IMG/VR virus record: IMGVR_UViG_3300009128_000002
Length of the DNA stretch: 64,000 nt
Source of the DNA: a virus
Reading direction: 5' to 3' (one strand)
The notes beneath the pieces were generated by a model. That model made no database searches. It saw nothing but the letters and a program-made list of their open reading frames with translations, and was not told where the DNA came from. Each line of letters opens with the position of its first letter. Position 1 is the first letter of the stretch. Below, piece after piece: positions 46,089 through 54,958 of this stretch. Both the position numbers and the translations under genes were made by a program.

Positions 46089-47571
46089 AAACTACGATAA
46101 AATAGCAAAGGATATAAACAAAACTTATGCTTCATCTAGAGGTAAAGTAGGTAAGGATAAAGATGGTGTTGATACTGCTGGAAACCGTGTAGTTTATGAA
46201 AAGGATGGTTATAGAGTACAGCAACTGACTGACGATGGTTTGGGTGATACGTTTGTTGTTATTAAAAACTATAAGCAACTTCTTTTAGGTTGGTCTGCTA
46301 AAGTTGGTGGAAATAAAAAGACTGCTCTAAAACTTAAAAAGACTGATAAGTTCAAATGGACTTGGGCAAAGTATGCCAAAAATTATGGTGGACAAGCAGG
46401 TGGTATGTTACAAGCACCTGGCTCAGAAACACTATCTGGTAATACGTGGGAAGTATCTCCTGTAGAATTAATTGCTTGGTTAAAGAAAGAAGGTATTAAA
46501 GAATCAGTTGAACTTGAAGAAGGTTACTTTAACGTCCAATACTACGATAAAAAAGGTAAAGCAGTTAAAGGTGGTAAAACATTCAAAACTAAATCTGAAG
46601 CAGATAAGTATGCTAAACGTGGTAACGCAGTAGATAAAGTTGGTGGTACATATAAAGTTCTTGCTGTTAAAGGACGTATGGAATCAGTTGAACTAGACGA
46701 AGTTGAACTTGATGAAGCAAAACAAGTATCTCTTTCAAAGAAAGGTGAATATAATTTAACTGCTGATGGCAAATCCTCTGTTGGTGTTCGTTTATCACTA
46801 AGATATAATGGTAAACAAGTTCTTACTGGTGTTAAACAAGATGGTATGTTTGTAATGGCGTTTGATGCTAAGTTCGTTAAAGATAATAAATTAGATCACG
46901 GTGCTAAGATTGTTAAGAAAGGTAAGTGGACTCACGTAGGATTCAAGAAAGCAGACGATGTAATTGCTTATGCCGTTCTTGGTGGATTGAGTGAAGAAGT
47001 TATTAATGAAGTTAATAATGGATTAGGTTCATTTGTTTCGCAAATGAAGAAGTTACTTAAAGACCCTAAAGCAAAAAAGGCACACAGAGCCGCCTCATCA
47101 TTGATTATGCGTGCCCAAGAGAAAGGACCTCTTGCTAAAACTGCTGTTAAAGCAATCAAAAAAGCATTGCCTGGACTTGCTAAGAAGGCAGGTGGTAAAT
47201 GGGAAAAGAAAATTCTTGGTATGAGAACAATGTTAATTGAGGAAAAAGAAATGAAAACATTTGAAAGTCTAAGAGGTGAATTAACTGAAGCGAAAGCAAA
47301 AGGATTTATTGGAACTAAAGGTAATAACAACTACGCAGTATCATTAGATGGTGCTGACAGTTCACGTCCTGATTCAATGGATGTAGAACGTGCCGCTCAT
47401 AAATTTAAGAAAGTTGCTAAAAAGGGTTATGCTGGTTCTAAAGGTAAAGCAACTATACCTGCAGTTAAAAAAGAAATTAAAATGTTAGGTGCAACACAGT
47501 ATTATGCAAAATGGCAGAAAGATTCTTCTTCATACAAAGATGATACTGTTACAATCTATTACACTAAATAG
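46057..47571 (+). CDS. Lys-rich multi-module internal head protein (putative polyprotein)
   Basis: MKTFNQLRE leader; ESVELEE, ESVELDEVELDE and LSEEVINE linkers; internal MKTFESLRGELTE. Confidence 0.7.
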   Translation: MKTFNQLREAKNYDKIAKDINKTYASSRGKVGKDKDGVDTAGNRVVYEKDGYRVQQLTDDGLGDTFVVIKNYKQLLLGWSAKVGGNKKTALKLKKTDKFKWTWAKYAKNYGGQAGGMLQAPGSETLSGNTWEVSPVELIAWLKKEGIKESVELEEGYFNVQYYDKKGKAVKGGKTFKTKSEADKYAKRGNAVDKVGGTYKVLAVKGRMESVELDEVELDEAKQVSLSKKGEYNLTADGKSSVGVRLSLRYNGKQVLTGVKQDGMFVMAFDAKFVKDNKLDHGAKIVKKGKWTHVGFKKADDVIAYAVLGGLSEEVINEVNNGLGSFVSQMKKLLKDPKAKKAHRAASSLIMRAQEKGPLAKTAVKAIKKALPGLAKKAGGKWEKKILGMRTMLIEEKEMKTFESLRGELTEAKAKGFIGTKGNNNYAVSLDGADSSRPDSMDVERAAHKFKKVAKKGYAGSKGKATIPAVKKEIKMLGATQYYAKWQKDSSSYKDDTVTIYYTK

Positions 47572-47580
47572 GAGTATATA

Positions 47581-47742
47581 ATGGCAAAGAAAAAACCAAA
47601 CAAGGCATTAAAAGATTCAATTAAACAGAACGCAAGTCTTAAAGCAAAGACTAAGTATGCCGAAGAACCAATTACTGTTGCAGATAGACCTGCACCACGT
47701 AGTTCAAACGATATTTTAAAGGAGTTAATTGAAAATGGCTAA
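47581..47742 (+). CDS. Small basic protein (not in the ORF track)
   Basis: AGGAG RBS; MAKKKPNKALK... Confidence 0.55.
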   Translation: MAKKKPNKALKDSIKQNASLKAKTKYAEEPITVADRPAPRSSNDILKELIENG

Positions 47743-47914
47743 AAGTAAAAAGAAAACTGTTACTGATAAAGTAAAGGATACTGTAAAAAAGGTTGCAGGT
47801 AAAGATATTTTACGTGACGCATCAACAGGTGTATTTTTTGAAGGTAAAGCACCTAAAGGTGTTAGTCCTTCTGGTAATATGGGTGGAAAACCTTTTTACG
47901 AAGTTACTAGATAA
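47735..47914 (+). CDS. Small basic protein
   Basis: AAGGAG RBS; MAKSKKK... Confidence 0.55.
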   Translation: MAKSKKKTVTDKVKDTVKKVAGKDILRDASTGVFFEGKAPKGVSPSGNMGGKPFYEVTR

Positions 47915-47980
47915 TGTTTCTAAAAGTAGTAGATACAATCGTTACACAAGAAGTTATTGATGTAAACGAGGAATTAGATA

Positions 47981-48376
47981 ATGATAGAAACACCGAAGGA
48001 AATAGACTTTCCAACCTTGAACAAGAGGAACTTTTTGACATATATGGCGAGCCATTATGTGGAGAACCTAGTTGAAGATGATGTTTGTGATTTTGAGGAT
48101 GATTTAAAACGTATAAAATACATTAAACGTTTATTAACAAAGTATAATGAAACTGGTGTTTTAAAAACACGATTATTATTAAACCATATTGTTATATTAA
48201 TGAATACACTTGGTCCACTTGCTACTACTAGGATATTATTATATAAAATTAATCCCAAATACCATGAAATTATATCAACGTTTTTACATGAATTAAATGC
48301 TTTAAATGGTGTATTAATGAAAGAAATGGGTATTGATGAAAAGGTACAAAACTTAATTAGAAAAGAAATGCGATGA
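47981..48376 (+). CDS. Conserved T4-like hypothetical protein
   Basis: FEDDLKRIKYIKRLL...LLLNHIVIL.N.LG motif typical of T4-like phages. Confidence 0.75.
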   Translation: MIETPKEIDFPTLNKRNFLTYMASHYVENLVEDDVCDFEDDLKRIKYIKRLLTKYNETGVLKTRLLLNHIVILMNTLGPLATTRILLYKINPKYHEIISTFLHELNALNGVLMKEMGIDEKVQNLIRKEMR

Positions 48377-48804
48377 ATACTTTAAACGAACAAGGTGCTG
48401 GATCTTCTGCTTTAGATTTATACTTTGTATATAAATTTGCAAAATATATTGCCATGGATTGGGAAGATTGGGAAGCATATAAGTTAGGTATCATTGACGA
48501 TAAGGGAAATGTTATTAAAAAGAACCGTACAATGACGGTTGAAAAGCAAAATTACACATTTTTCCATAGATTACTTCGTAAGTTAAAACAGTTGTTAGAA
48601 AAGGTGCCTGGTATGAAATCTAAACTAGGTAAAGCAGCTGCCGCTTATTTCTTATTTAAAGAAGAATTAGTTAAACATGGAACAGATGCAGAAGCATTAG
48701 ATGAAGCATTTCTTGACTATTGTAATGATAATATGACTTTATCTGAGTCTATGCAAATGGAACAGTTATTATCACAACATATATTATTGGAGAATGTGAA
48801 ATGA
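48373..48804 (+). CDS. Conserved T4-like hypothetical protein
   Basis: WEAYKLGIIDDKG...YT.FHRL...LK.LL motif. Confidence 0.75.
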   Translation: MNTLNEQGAGSSALDLYFVYKFAKYIAMDWEDWEAYKLGIIDDKGNVIKKNRTMTVEKQNYTFFHRLLRKLKQLLEKVPGMKSKLGKAAAAYFLFKEELVKHGTDAEALDEAFLDYCNDNMTLSESMQMEQLLSQHILLENVK

Positions 48805-49091
48805 ATGAAGAAGTAACAGTAGGTGATGGTGGTGGAGCAGTAAACGTTCAAAAAGACGTTCCGTTGTTTACTAAACCAGATGGTAAAGCCTTTGGTTCAG
48901 ATTATTGGACTGCACCTGATAATGATACTTATCATAATGTTAGATTAGGAAAGAATAGGTACAAACGTTGGGATTCGTTTGTAGGTAAAAGTGATTGGGC
49001 TAAAGGTGTAGCCAATTATGCAAAATCTAATAAAGGAGGAATGTTGCTTAAACATCCTAAAGATCCAGTATTTCAAGTAATTAGACGATAA
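48801..49091 (+). CDS. Conserved hypothetical protein
   Basis: GKNRYKRW..FVG motif; coupled to the upstream ORF. Confidence 0.6.
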   Translation: MNEEVTVGDGGGAVNVQKDVPLFTKPDGKAFGSDYWTAPDNDTYHNVRLGKNRYKRWDSFVGKSDWAKGVANYAKSNKGGMLLKHPKDPVFQVIRR

Positions 49092-49094
49092 TAC

Positions 49095-49123
49095 TTGACA
49101 TTTGGTTGACCGTCGTGTATAAT
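49095..49123 (+). promoter_or_regulatory. Consensus sigma70 promoter for the primase gene
   Basis: TTGACA-N17-TATAAT; +1 falls at about the ATG, so probably a leaderless transcript. Confidence 0.85.
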
Positions 49124-49130
49124 ATACACT

Positions 49131-50153
49131 ATGGATTATATTGATCAGAAATACATAGGTATTCTGGGCGTTCGCCTAGAGCAATTCAAAAAGAAAGGTA
49201 AAGGGTTATGGCAATGTCGTTGTCCTTTATGTGGCGATTCTAAAAAAGACAAAACAAAGGCACGTGGTTTCATCTTCGAATATGATGGTGATGTAATGTA
49301 TAAGTGTCATAATTGTGGTGTTGCAACAAGTTTTCCAAGTTTACTTAAAGAAGTAGATATTAACTTACATAAACAGTATGTGCTTGAAAAGTTCGGTAAT
49401 AAGAACAAACGTAAGAAACCTGAAACTGTTGATGAATTTTTCAAATCAGTAAAGAATAAGTTTGAAGGTAAAACGTTTAGACTACACGGTCTTAATCGCA
49501 TTGACAAATTAGATTCAAATCACCCAGCAAAACAATATTGTGACAATAGGAAAATACCTATTGAAGCACAAAAACGACTGTTTTGGACTGATACGTTCAA
49601 ACAATGGGCCCATTCTAAAAACAAAGAAAAGTTCAAAGTCATCAAAAAGGATGAGGGTAGAATTGTTATTCCATTCCTTTCTGAAGATGGACATTTGATA
49701 GCATTTCAAGGACGTACACTTGACCCAAACAATGAATTACGTTATATAACTATTAAAGTTGATGAAACTGTATGTAAGTTGTTCGGACTTGAAAAGATGG
49801 ACACAACAAAACCTGTGTATGTACTCGAAGGTCCGATTGATAGTTTATTCATTCCTAATTCAATCGCAATGGCAGGTTCTGATATGAACAAAAAATGTGT
49901 GATGAACAAGGATACTGAATTTGTTATTGTAATGGACAACGAAAACAGAAACAAAGAAATCGTAAATAAAATCGCTGGATTCATTGATAATGGATTTTCA
50001 GTATGTATTTGGGATGAGAATATTAAACAGAAAGACGTGAATGATATGATACTAAACGGTATGTCTGCTGAACAAGTATTTGACTCAATTAAACGCTATA
50101 CATATAAAGGATTACAAGCAAAAATGAGACTAGCACAGTGGAGTAAAGTTTGA
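49131..50153 (+). CDS. gp61: DNA primase gp61
   Basis: CPLCGDS...CHNCG Zn finger; FQGR, EGPIDSLF and KDVND motifs. Confidence 0.96.
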   Translation: MDYIDQKYIGILGVRLEQFKKKGKGLWQCRCPLCGDSKKDKTKARGFIFEYDGDVMYKCHNCGVATSFPSLLKEVDINLHKQYVLEKFGNKNKRKKPETVDEFFKSVKNKFEGKTFRLHGLNRIDKLDSNHPAKQYCDNRKIPIEAQKRLFWTDTFKQWAHSKNKEKFKVIKKDEGRIVIPFLSEDGHLIAFQGRTLDPNNELRYITIKVDETVCKLFGLEKMDTTKPVYVLEGPIDSLFIPNSIAMAGSDMNKKCVMNKDTEFVIVMDNENRNKEIVNKIAGFIDNGFSVCIWDENIKQKDVNDMILNGMSAEQVFDSIKRYTYKGLQAKMRLAQWSKV

Positions 50154-50347
50154 AATACATAGTTAATTATGATACACCAAAAGGGGTTAACAAAACAGTA
50201 ACTAAAACTGCAACTTCAATAGACGAATTAGTTGATGATTGTGAAAAGAGTAATAGAAGTATTAATTGGATAAAGACTGAATATGATGTTACAGTTGTAG
50301 AAAGGTTATATATAGAAGAATTTAAAAGAACTGAGTTGAAAGGTTAA
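50150..50347 (+). CDS. Hypothetical protein
   Basis: ORF coupled to the primase stop. Confidence 0.45.
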   Translation: MKYIVNYDTPKGVNKTVTKTATSIDELVDDCEKSNRSINWIKTEYDVTVVERLYIEEFKRTELKG

Positions 50348-50348
50348 T

Positions 50349-50609
50349 ATGAAAAAAACATTTAGTACATTAGAAGAGGTTGCATTGGATAAAGAAAACA
50401 TTGCATTGAAGATAGAAAATAAAGCATTAAGAACTGAAAATAGGGTTTTAAATGACAATCTAAATAAAACAGAAAAGGAACTAATGCAACTTAAAGCAAA
50501 GTATGATTCTATTTGTGGTAAGATTAAAATTAATGCTAGTGATAATAGAAAAAGTGAAGGTGAAATGTTTCTTATGAAAGATATACTTAATAAAGGTAAT
50601 TGGGAGTAA
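50349..50609 (+). CDS. Hypothetical coiled-coil protein
   Basis: Heptad LxxENxxL repeats. Confidence 0.55.
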   Translation: MKKTFSTLEEVALDKENIALKIENKALRTENRVLNDNLNKTEKELMQLKAKYDSICGKIKINASDNRKSEGEMFLMKDILNKGNWE

Positions 50610-50613
50610 TAAT

Positions 50614-50832
50614 ATGCCGTTTTTTGATTTTAAGTGTGAAGAATGTGGTGAAATAATTGAAAGAAACGTGAAGTGGTCAAAAACAATGGCAGAAGATTTA
50701 GAGCCTTGTAAATGTGGTGCTAAGAAATGGAAAAGACAGTTTAGTGTATCACATAGTAAATTCGCAGAACCAGATAGGGATATTGCAGTAAGACAGACAA
50801 ATGAAATGATGAGTGGAAAAGGATGGTTATAG
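50614..50832 (+). CDS. FmdB-family zinc-ribbon protein
   Basis: MPFFDFKCEECG...CKCG. Confidence 0.7.
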   Translation: MPFFDFKCEECGEIIERNVKWSKTMAEDLEPCKCGAKKWKRQFSVSHSKFAEPDRDIAVRQTNEMMSGKGWL

Positions 50833-50833
50833 T

Positions 50834-51253
50834 ATGAGTGTTTTTAATAAAGTAATGGATGCTTTTTATAAGCAATCTGCAAAAAGAATTAAACATAAGG
50901 AAGTAAAAAGAGAACGTTATAGACAAGTATATGGTAATATTGAAGGAAGTAAAAAAACTTGTGATGAATTAAAAGAAATATTTGATTCTGGTGGTATTAT
51001 TATTGACCTAAGAAACCCAGTTGATTTTATATCTGGTGGTATGGTACACAATGCAATTAATGTGCCTGCAAAAGATATTGATAACTGGTTAAATAGTAAT
51101 AATAACCTTACTAAAAATACACCTATTATGTTATATTCAACTAATGGTATTACTGCAATAGAGGTACTTGAGAAATTAAAAAGAACACCTTATAATTTCA
51201 ATAATGTTCATAATATAGGGGCTGCCAGATGGTATCCTAACTGTTCTTGTTAA
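50834..51253 (+). CDS. Rhodanese-like domain protein (catalytic Cys replaced by Ser)
   Basis: IIIDLRNPVDF..G...AINVP and PIMLYSTNG motifs; C-terminal CSC. Confidence 0.75.
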   Translation: MSVFNKVMDAFYKQSAKRIKHKEVKRERYRQVYGNIEGSKKTCDELKEIFDSGGIIIDLRNPVDFISGGMVHNAINVPAKDIDNWLNSNNNLTKNTPIMLYSTNGITAIEVLEKLKRTPYNFNNVHNIGAARWYPNCSC

Positions 51254-51260
51254 TTCTTGT

Positions 51261-51268
51261 TATAAATA
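51261..51268 (+). promoter_or_regulatory. Late promoter TATAAATA
   Basis: Exact consensus upstream of the Zn-ribbon and RuvC-like genes. Confidence 0.7.
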
Positions 51269-51299
51269 AGATTAATTAACATATATCAAGGAAGACCCA

Positions 51300-51446
51300 A
51301 TGATTGAAATTTCTATAGAGTGTGATGAATGTCTTGCATCATGTGTTATACAACATGAGCTTGATGAAGACCATTATGAAATACAAGAACAGTGCCCATT
51401 TTGTGGTAGTACGAATGTTTGTATTGAATGTGATGAGGAAATATGA
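51300..51446 (+). CDS. Small acidic Zn-ribbon protein (48 aa; not in the ORF track)
   Basis: Own translation MIEISIECDECLASC...CPFCGSTNVCIECDEEI; AAGGA RBS. Confidence 0.6.
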   Translation: MIEISIECDECLASCVIQHELDEDHYEIQEQCPFCGSTNVCIECDEEI

Positions 51447-52000
51447 TAGTTGGTATTGATTACTCAATGACATCACCTGCAATATGTGTTTGTATTGGTG
51501 AATTTAAGTATGAAAACTGTAAGTTTATTTTCGTAACTGGTAAAAAGAAATTCGCACAACCTTTTAATAAACAAATAGAAGGTGTTATCCTCCCTACATA
51601 TAAAAACAACACTGAAAGGTTTTCTAGCCTAGCAGAAATAACCCGCGATTTTATTTTTAATGAATGGCCTGAGGATGATGAAGTTTCATTAGGTCTTGAG
51701 GGTTATGCTATGGGGGCAAAAGGTCAAGTATTCAACATTGGTGAAAATACTGGTATTCTTAAATATTATTTACAATATATTGAGGAGTGGGGTGTTGATA
51801 TTCATGCTCCATCTGCCATTAAGAAATTCGCTACTGATAAAGGTAACGCCAGTAAAGAATTAATGTATGAAGCATTTGTTAAAGAAACTGGTGTAAACCT
51901 TGATGAAATATTAGAACAAAAAATTGATAATGGTGTACCATCTCCAATAAGTGATATCGTAGACGCTTATTACATTGCAAAGTTACAATCAACTATGTAA
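51443..52000 (+). CDS. RuvC-like Holliday junction resolvase
   Basis: GIDYSMTSP, LEGYA, IGENTG, PSAIKKFAT.KGNA.K and DIVDAY motifs. Confidence 0.85.
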   Translation: MIVGIDYSMTSPAICVCIGEFKYENCKFIFVTGKKKFAQPFNKQIEGVILPTYKNNTERFSSLAEITRDFIFNEWPEDDEVSLGLEGYAMGAKGQVFNIGENTGILKYYLQYIEEWGVDIHAPSAIKKFATDKGNASKELMYEAFVKETGVNLDEILEQKIDNGVPSPISDIVDAYYIAKLQSTM

Positions 52001-52018
52001 ATACCTAAATATAATACT

Positions 52019-54241
52019 ATGAGTAATATATTTGATTACAATCCTATACAAGAGTGGAATGGTAAAGTAATAGACTTTGGTACAGGAAACTCACAAAAAA
52101 ACTATGATATAACTTCTATGGTTACTTCTGTTGAGGGAGCACAAGAGGCTACCTCGTTGGTTGATAGGGCCTTATATGATGCAGAGACATATAGAGAAAT
52201 TAACCGTGTAATAAGATTATTCTTTTCTGGACAACCATTAGATGTTGAAATATCAGATTGGGGTGGTAACGTCGGTGAAATATTTGAAATTAATATTAAC
52301 TTTTCACTTGATGTTAGTATTGTATTATATAATAATCTAGTAATACCACTTGATGAGCCCAATGTTTATATTTTAAACGAACATGGTTATAATTATTATT
52401 ATAGTTTAATTAAAAATACAACATTACCCAAATGTGAGATATTTTTGGATAAAAAAGAAAGTTTTAGAACATCTGCAAAATATCCATTATTTACACCTAC
52501 TGGTTGTTATACTAATGATTTTAGTAAACCAAGGTTAAGTGAAAATTCAAATGAATCCTGTACTTCTATGGGTGCTATGTGGTTAGAAGGAACATATGAT
52601 ACACCTTTTTATTTACTTAAAGAAATTGAAGGTCCACGCACTTATTCATATACAACTTCCCATATGCCTAATGGTGACCCATTTGTTGATATAAATTGGT
52701 ATGATGGTGCTTTAGATAGTAGGTGCTCTGATTTCCAATATACAGACCAAGCATCCTGCGAAAGTAATAGTACAACTATGTGTCTAGGTGCTAATGGACA
52801 AGAAGTTATGGCTGATAGATATAATGGACAGCTTTCACCTGCATTTAGTACCCAAACCAAATGCGAGGTATTTTCTAGTTGGCAAGGTAGAGGGTGTTAT
52901 TATAGTAGTAATAAAGTAAATTGGTATTGGTCTTACATTAACAATGTCTATGGTGTGGATATAACAGAGGAAGAGTGTTGGTCTTACAGTAACAATTCGT
53001 ATTATTATGTGTTGCATGAGCCGGGAAATGTGTGGGATATAGATTATCATAGTTGGTGGCCTTCTATGCATACACAAGCCACTGTGCAACAACAAATATT
53101 GTATGAAGGTGATAGTATGTATCACTATCCAACAATATACAACGACACAGTCATGCCAGCAGTACACACCGAACGTATTGAGTGGAATGATTTGAGTGCT
53201 AACGGAAAAAAACGTAGGGGGCGACAAACACGTTTATTTTGGATTGGATATGGACTTACACATCATTTAGAGGATCATAGAACGTTAATTGACCCTAGTA
53301 AATATTTGAAGGTCACTTTCCCTGAGCATTTTTCTGTACAAAATACAAACAGTAGACCTTCATCTGCATATGGTTATACCAATCAATATGGGAAAACTAT
53401 GATTGAGTGGAAAGCACCACAATGGGGGACAAGTGTTAATGCTAGAACATATCCAACACCAGATTATTATAGAATTTATCGTAGTAATTATTATAGGTTT
53501 GGTATCACATCACCTACTGATTATACAGAGGGAATTAAACATTTAGTGGGGGAGGTTCCCCATACTGAAGATGAAGACCGTATGTATTTTGAAGAGTATG
53601 AAGCCGATTTACGTGCAGAGGGTTTGTTTAATAACCAATATGCATATTATTGGGTTACTGCCGTATGGACTAATTTTACAATGGGTAATAAGGGGTTAGA
53701 TGCATCTTTATATAATGGTTATTTTAATGATAATATAAGTTGGTTTGATACTGCTGTTCCTAATTCAACAACAAGGTGGCATAGTATTAACCATAATTCA
53801 GGTGGTAATAAATATTCATATAAAGTAGTTGGTTACTTTAGAGCAAGTACCACTGGTATATATAATTTTAGACTACATAGTGATGATGCATCGTATTTAT
53901 GGATTGGTTCTTCTGGTACTACATATGGTGATTTAGAGGGTAGTGCTACTATTAGCAACTCACTTATTAGTAATGGTGGTTTACATCCACCATATTCAGT
54001 TTCTGGTAATATATCATTGGTTGCAGACACGTATTATCCAATTTTAATGTATTATGGAGAATGGACAGGTGGTCAAGTTTTCGAACTATTTTTCACACCA
54101 CCTAATGGAATTGAACAAACATCTGGTCATGGTTATTTCTTTATGGATGATAGTGATGTTACCAATGGGTATAATACAGATGGTGTTGAAAGAGAGGGTC
54201 ATTTTACTGCAAATAATAATTGTAGGTCATACTACCTATAA
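52019..54241 (+). CDS. Large Tyr/Cys-rich virion-associated protein with a C-terminal PA14/GLEYA-like domain
   Basis: GYFRA..TG.Y.F..HSDDASYLWIG...YYPI...YGE..GG motif; Cys-Trp repeats; Fn3-like IEWKAP...YRIYRS segment. Confidence 0.7.
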   Translation: MSNIFDYNPIQEWNGKVIDFGTGNSQKNYDITSMVTSVEGAQEATSLVDRALYDAETYREINRVIRLFFSGQPLDVEISDWGGNVGEIFEININFSLDVSIVLYNNLVIPLDEPNVYILNEHGYNYYYSLIKNTTLPKCEIFLDKKESFRTSAKYPLFTPTGCYTNDFSKPRLSENSNESCTSMGAMWLEGTYDTPFYLLKEIEGPRTYSYTTSHMPNGDPFVDINWYDGALDSRCSDFQYTDQASCESNSTTMCLGANGQEVMADRYNGQLSPAFSTQTKCEVFSSWQGRGCYYSSNKVNWYWSYINNVYGVDITEEECWSYSNNSYYYVLHEPGNVWDIDYHSWWPSMHTQATVQQQILYEGDSMYHYPTIYNDTVMPAVHTERIEWNDLSANGKKRRGRQTRLFWIGYGLTHHLEDHRTLIDPSKYLKVTFPEHFSVQNTNSRPSSAYGYTNQYGKTMIEWKAPQWGTSVNARTYPTPDYYRIYRSNYYRFGITSPTDYTEGIKHLVGEVPHTEDEDRMYFEEYEADLRAEGLFNNQYAYYWVTAVWTNFTMGNKGLDASLYNGYFNDNISWFDTAVPNSTTRWHSINHNSGGNKYSYKVVGYFRASTTGIYNFRLHSDDASYLWIGSSGTTYGDLEGSATISNSLISNGGLHPPYSVSGNISLVADTYYPILMYYGEWTGGQVFELFFTPPNGIEQTSGHGYFFMDDSDVTNGYNTDGVEREGHFTANNNCRSYYL

Positions 54242-54244
54242 AAC

Positions 54245-54273
54245 TTGACTTTTATATGGTATTATAGTATAAT
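54245..54273 (+). promoter_or_regulatory. Sigma70-type promoter
   Basis: TTGACT-N17-TATAAT. Confidence 0.75.
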
Positions 54274-54294
54274 ATCTTAATTAAGGAGCAAAAT

Positions 54295-54531
54295 ATGTAT
54301 ATAGAAACATGGCAAATGTTGATGGTGGGTATGGTTATTATATCTGCATATTTTTCATATGGACAAGGAAGAAAAGAAGGCGTCGCCGCTGGGGTGAATG
54401 TTGTAATTTCAGATCTACATGAAAAGGGTATTATATCTGTGTATAGAGATATTGAACGTGGTGAAGTTGTTATTGGCAGATATGATGAATTTGATTGGGA
54501 GGCTGAAGTTGAAATCGACACCGAAGATTGA
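54295..54531 (+). CDS. Small membrane-anchored hypothetical protein
   Basis: AAGGAG RBS; TM helix followed by YxxGRKEG. Confidence 0.6.
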   Translation: MYIETWQMLMVGMVIISAYFSYGQGRKEGVAAGVNVVISDLHEKGIISVYRDIERGEVVIGRYDEFDWEAEVEIDTED

Positions 54532-54665
54532 TAAAGATTGTGGTGCAGATTGCGATTGTCATAACGATCAACTAACCCATTTAGGTAGGAATGTTTGGAC
54601 TAATGAGAATGGTGGAAGTGGACCGTCTGAACGTATGAAAAGGTTACTGAAAATGAAGGAAGAAC

Positions 54666-54887
54666 GTGCAAATAAAACTAAATAATGAGTTCTTTGGTTC
54701 GCTTTTTGGACTGCTAGGTGCATTCACTATTGCAGTAAATAACCCTATAGGATTTTGGTTTTTCTTAATATCAAACTTATGTATGATACATATGGGGTTT
54801 GAGAAGAAAATGAAACCATTTTTAGTTATGCAGGGGGCATTCCTATTAACATCATTAATTGGTATATATACTAATTATTTCGCTTGA
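54666..54887 (+). CDS. Small 3-TM membrane protein (PnuC-like half-transporter pattern)
   Basis: GSLFGLLGA...GFWFFLISN...Q..F......GIY. Confidence 0.5.
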   Translation: MQIKLNNEFFGSLFGLLGAFTIAVNNPIGFWFFLISNLCMIHMGFEKKMKPFLVMQGAFLLTSLIGIYTNYFA

Positions 54888-54912
54888 CATATGTAATCTA
54901 CTGTGGTATAAT
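54884..54912 (+). promoter_or_regulatory. Consensus sigma70 promoter
   Basis: TTGACA-N17-TATAAT with TG. Confidence 0.85.
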
Positions 54913-54958
54913 GTCCTCGTTAAATAGAGAAATACATTAAATAAAGGAGAGTTATATT

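Noticed and set aside
54419-54685. 88-aa ORF as listed in the track
   Set aside because: The N-terminal half overlaps the 54295 gene; only a shorter downstream part may be real and its start cannot be fixed
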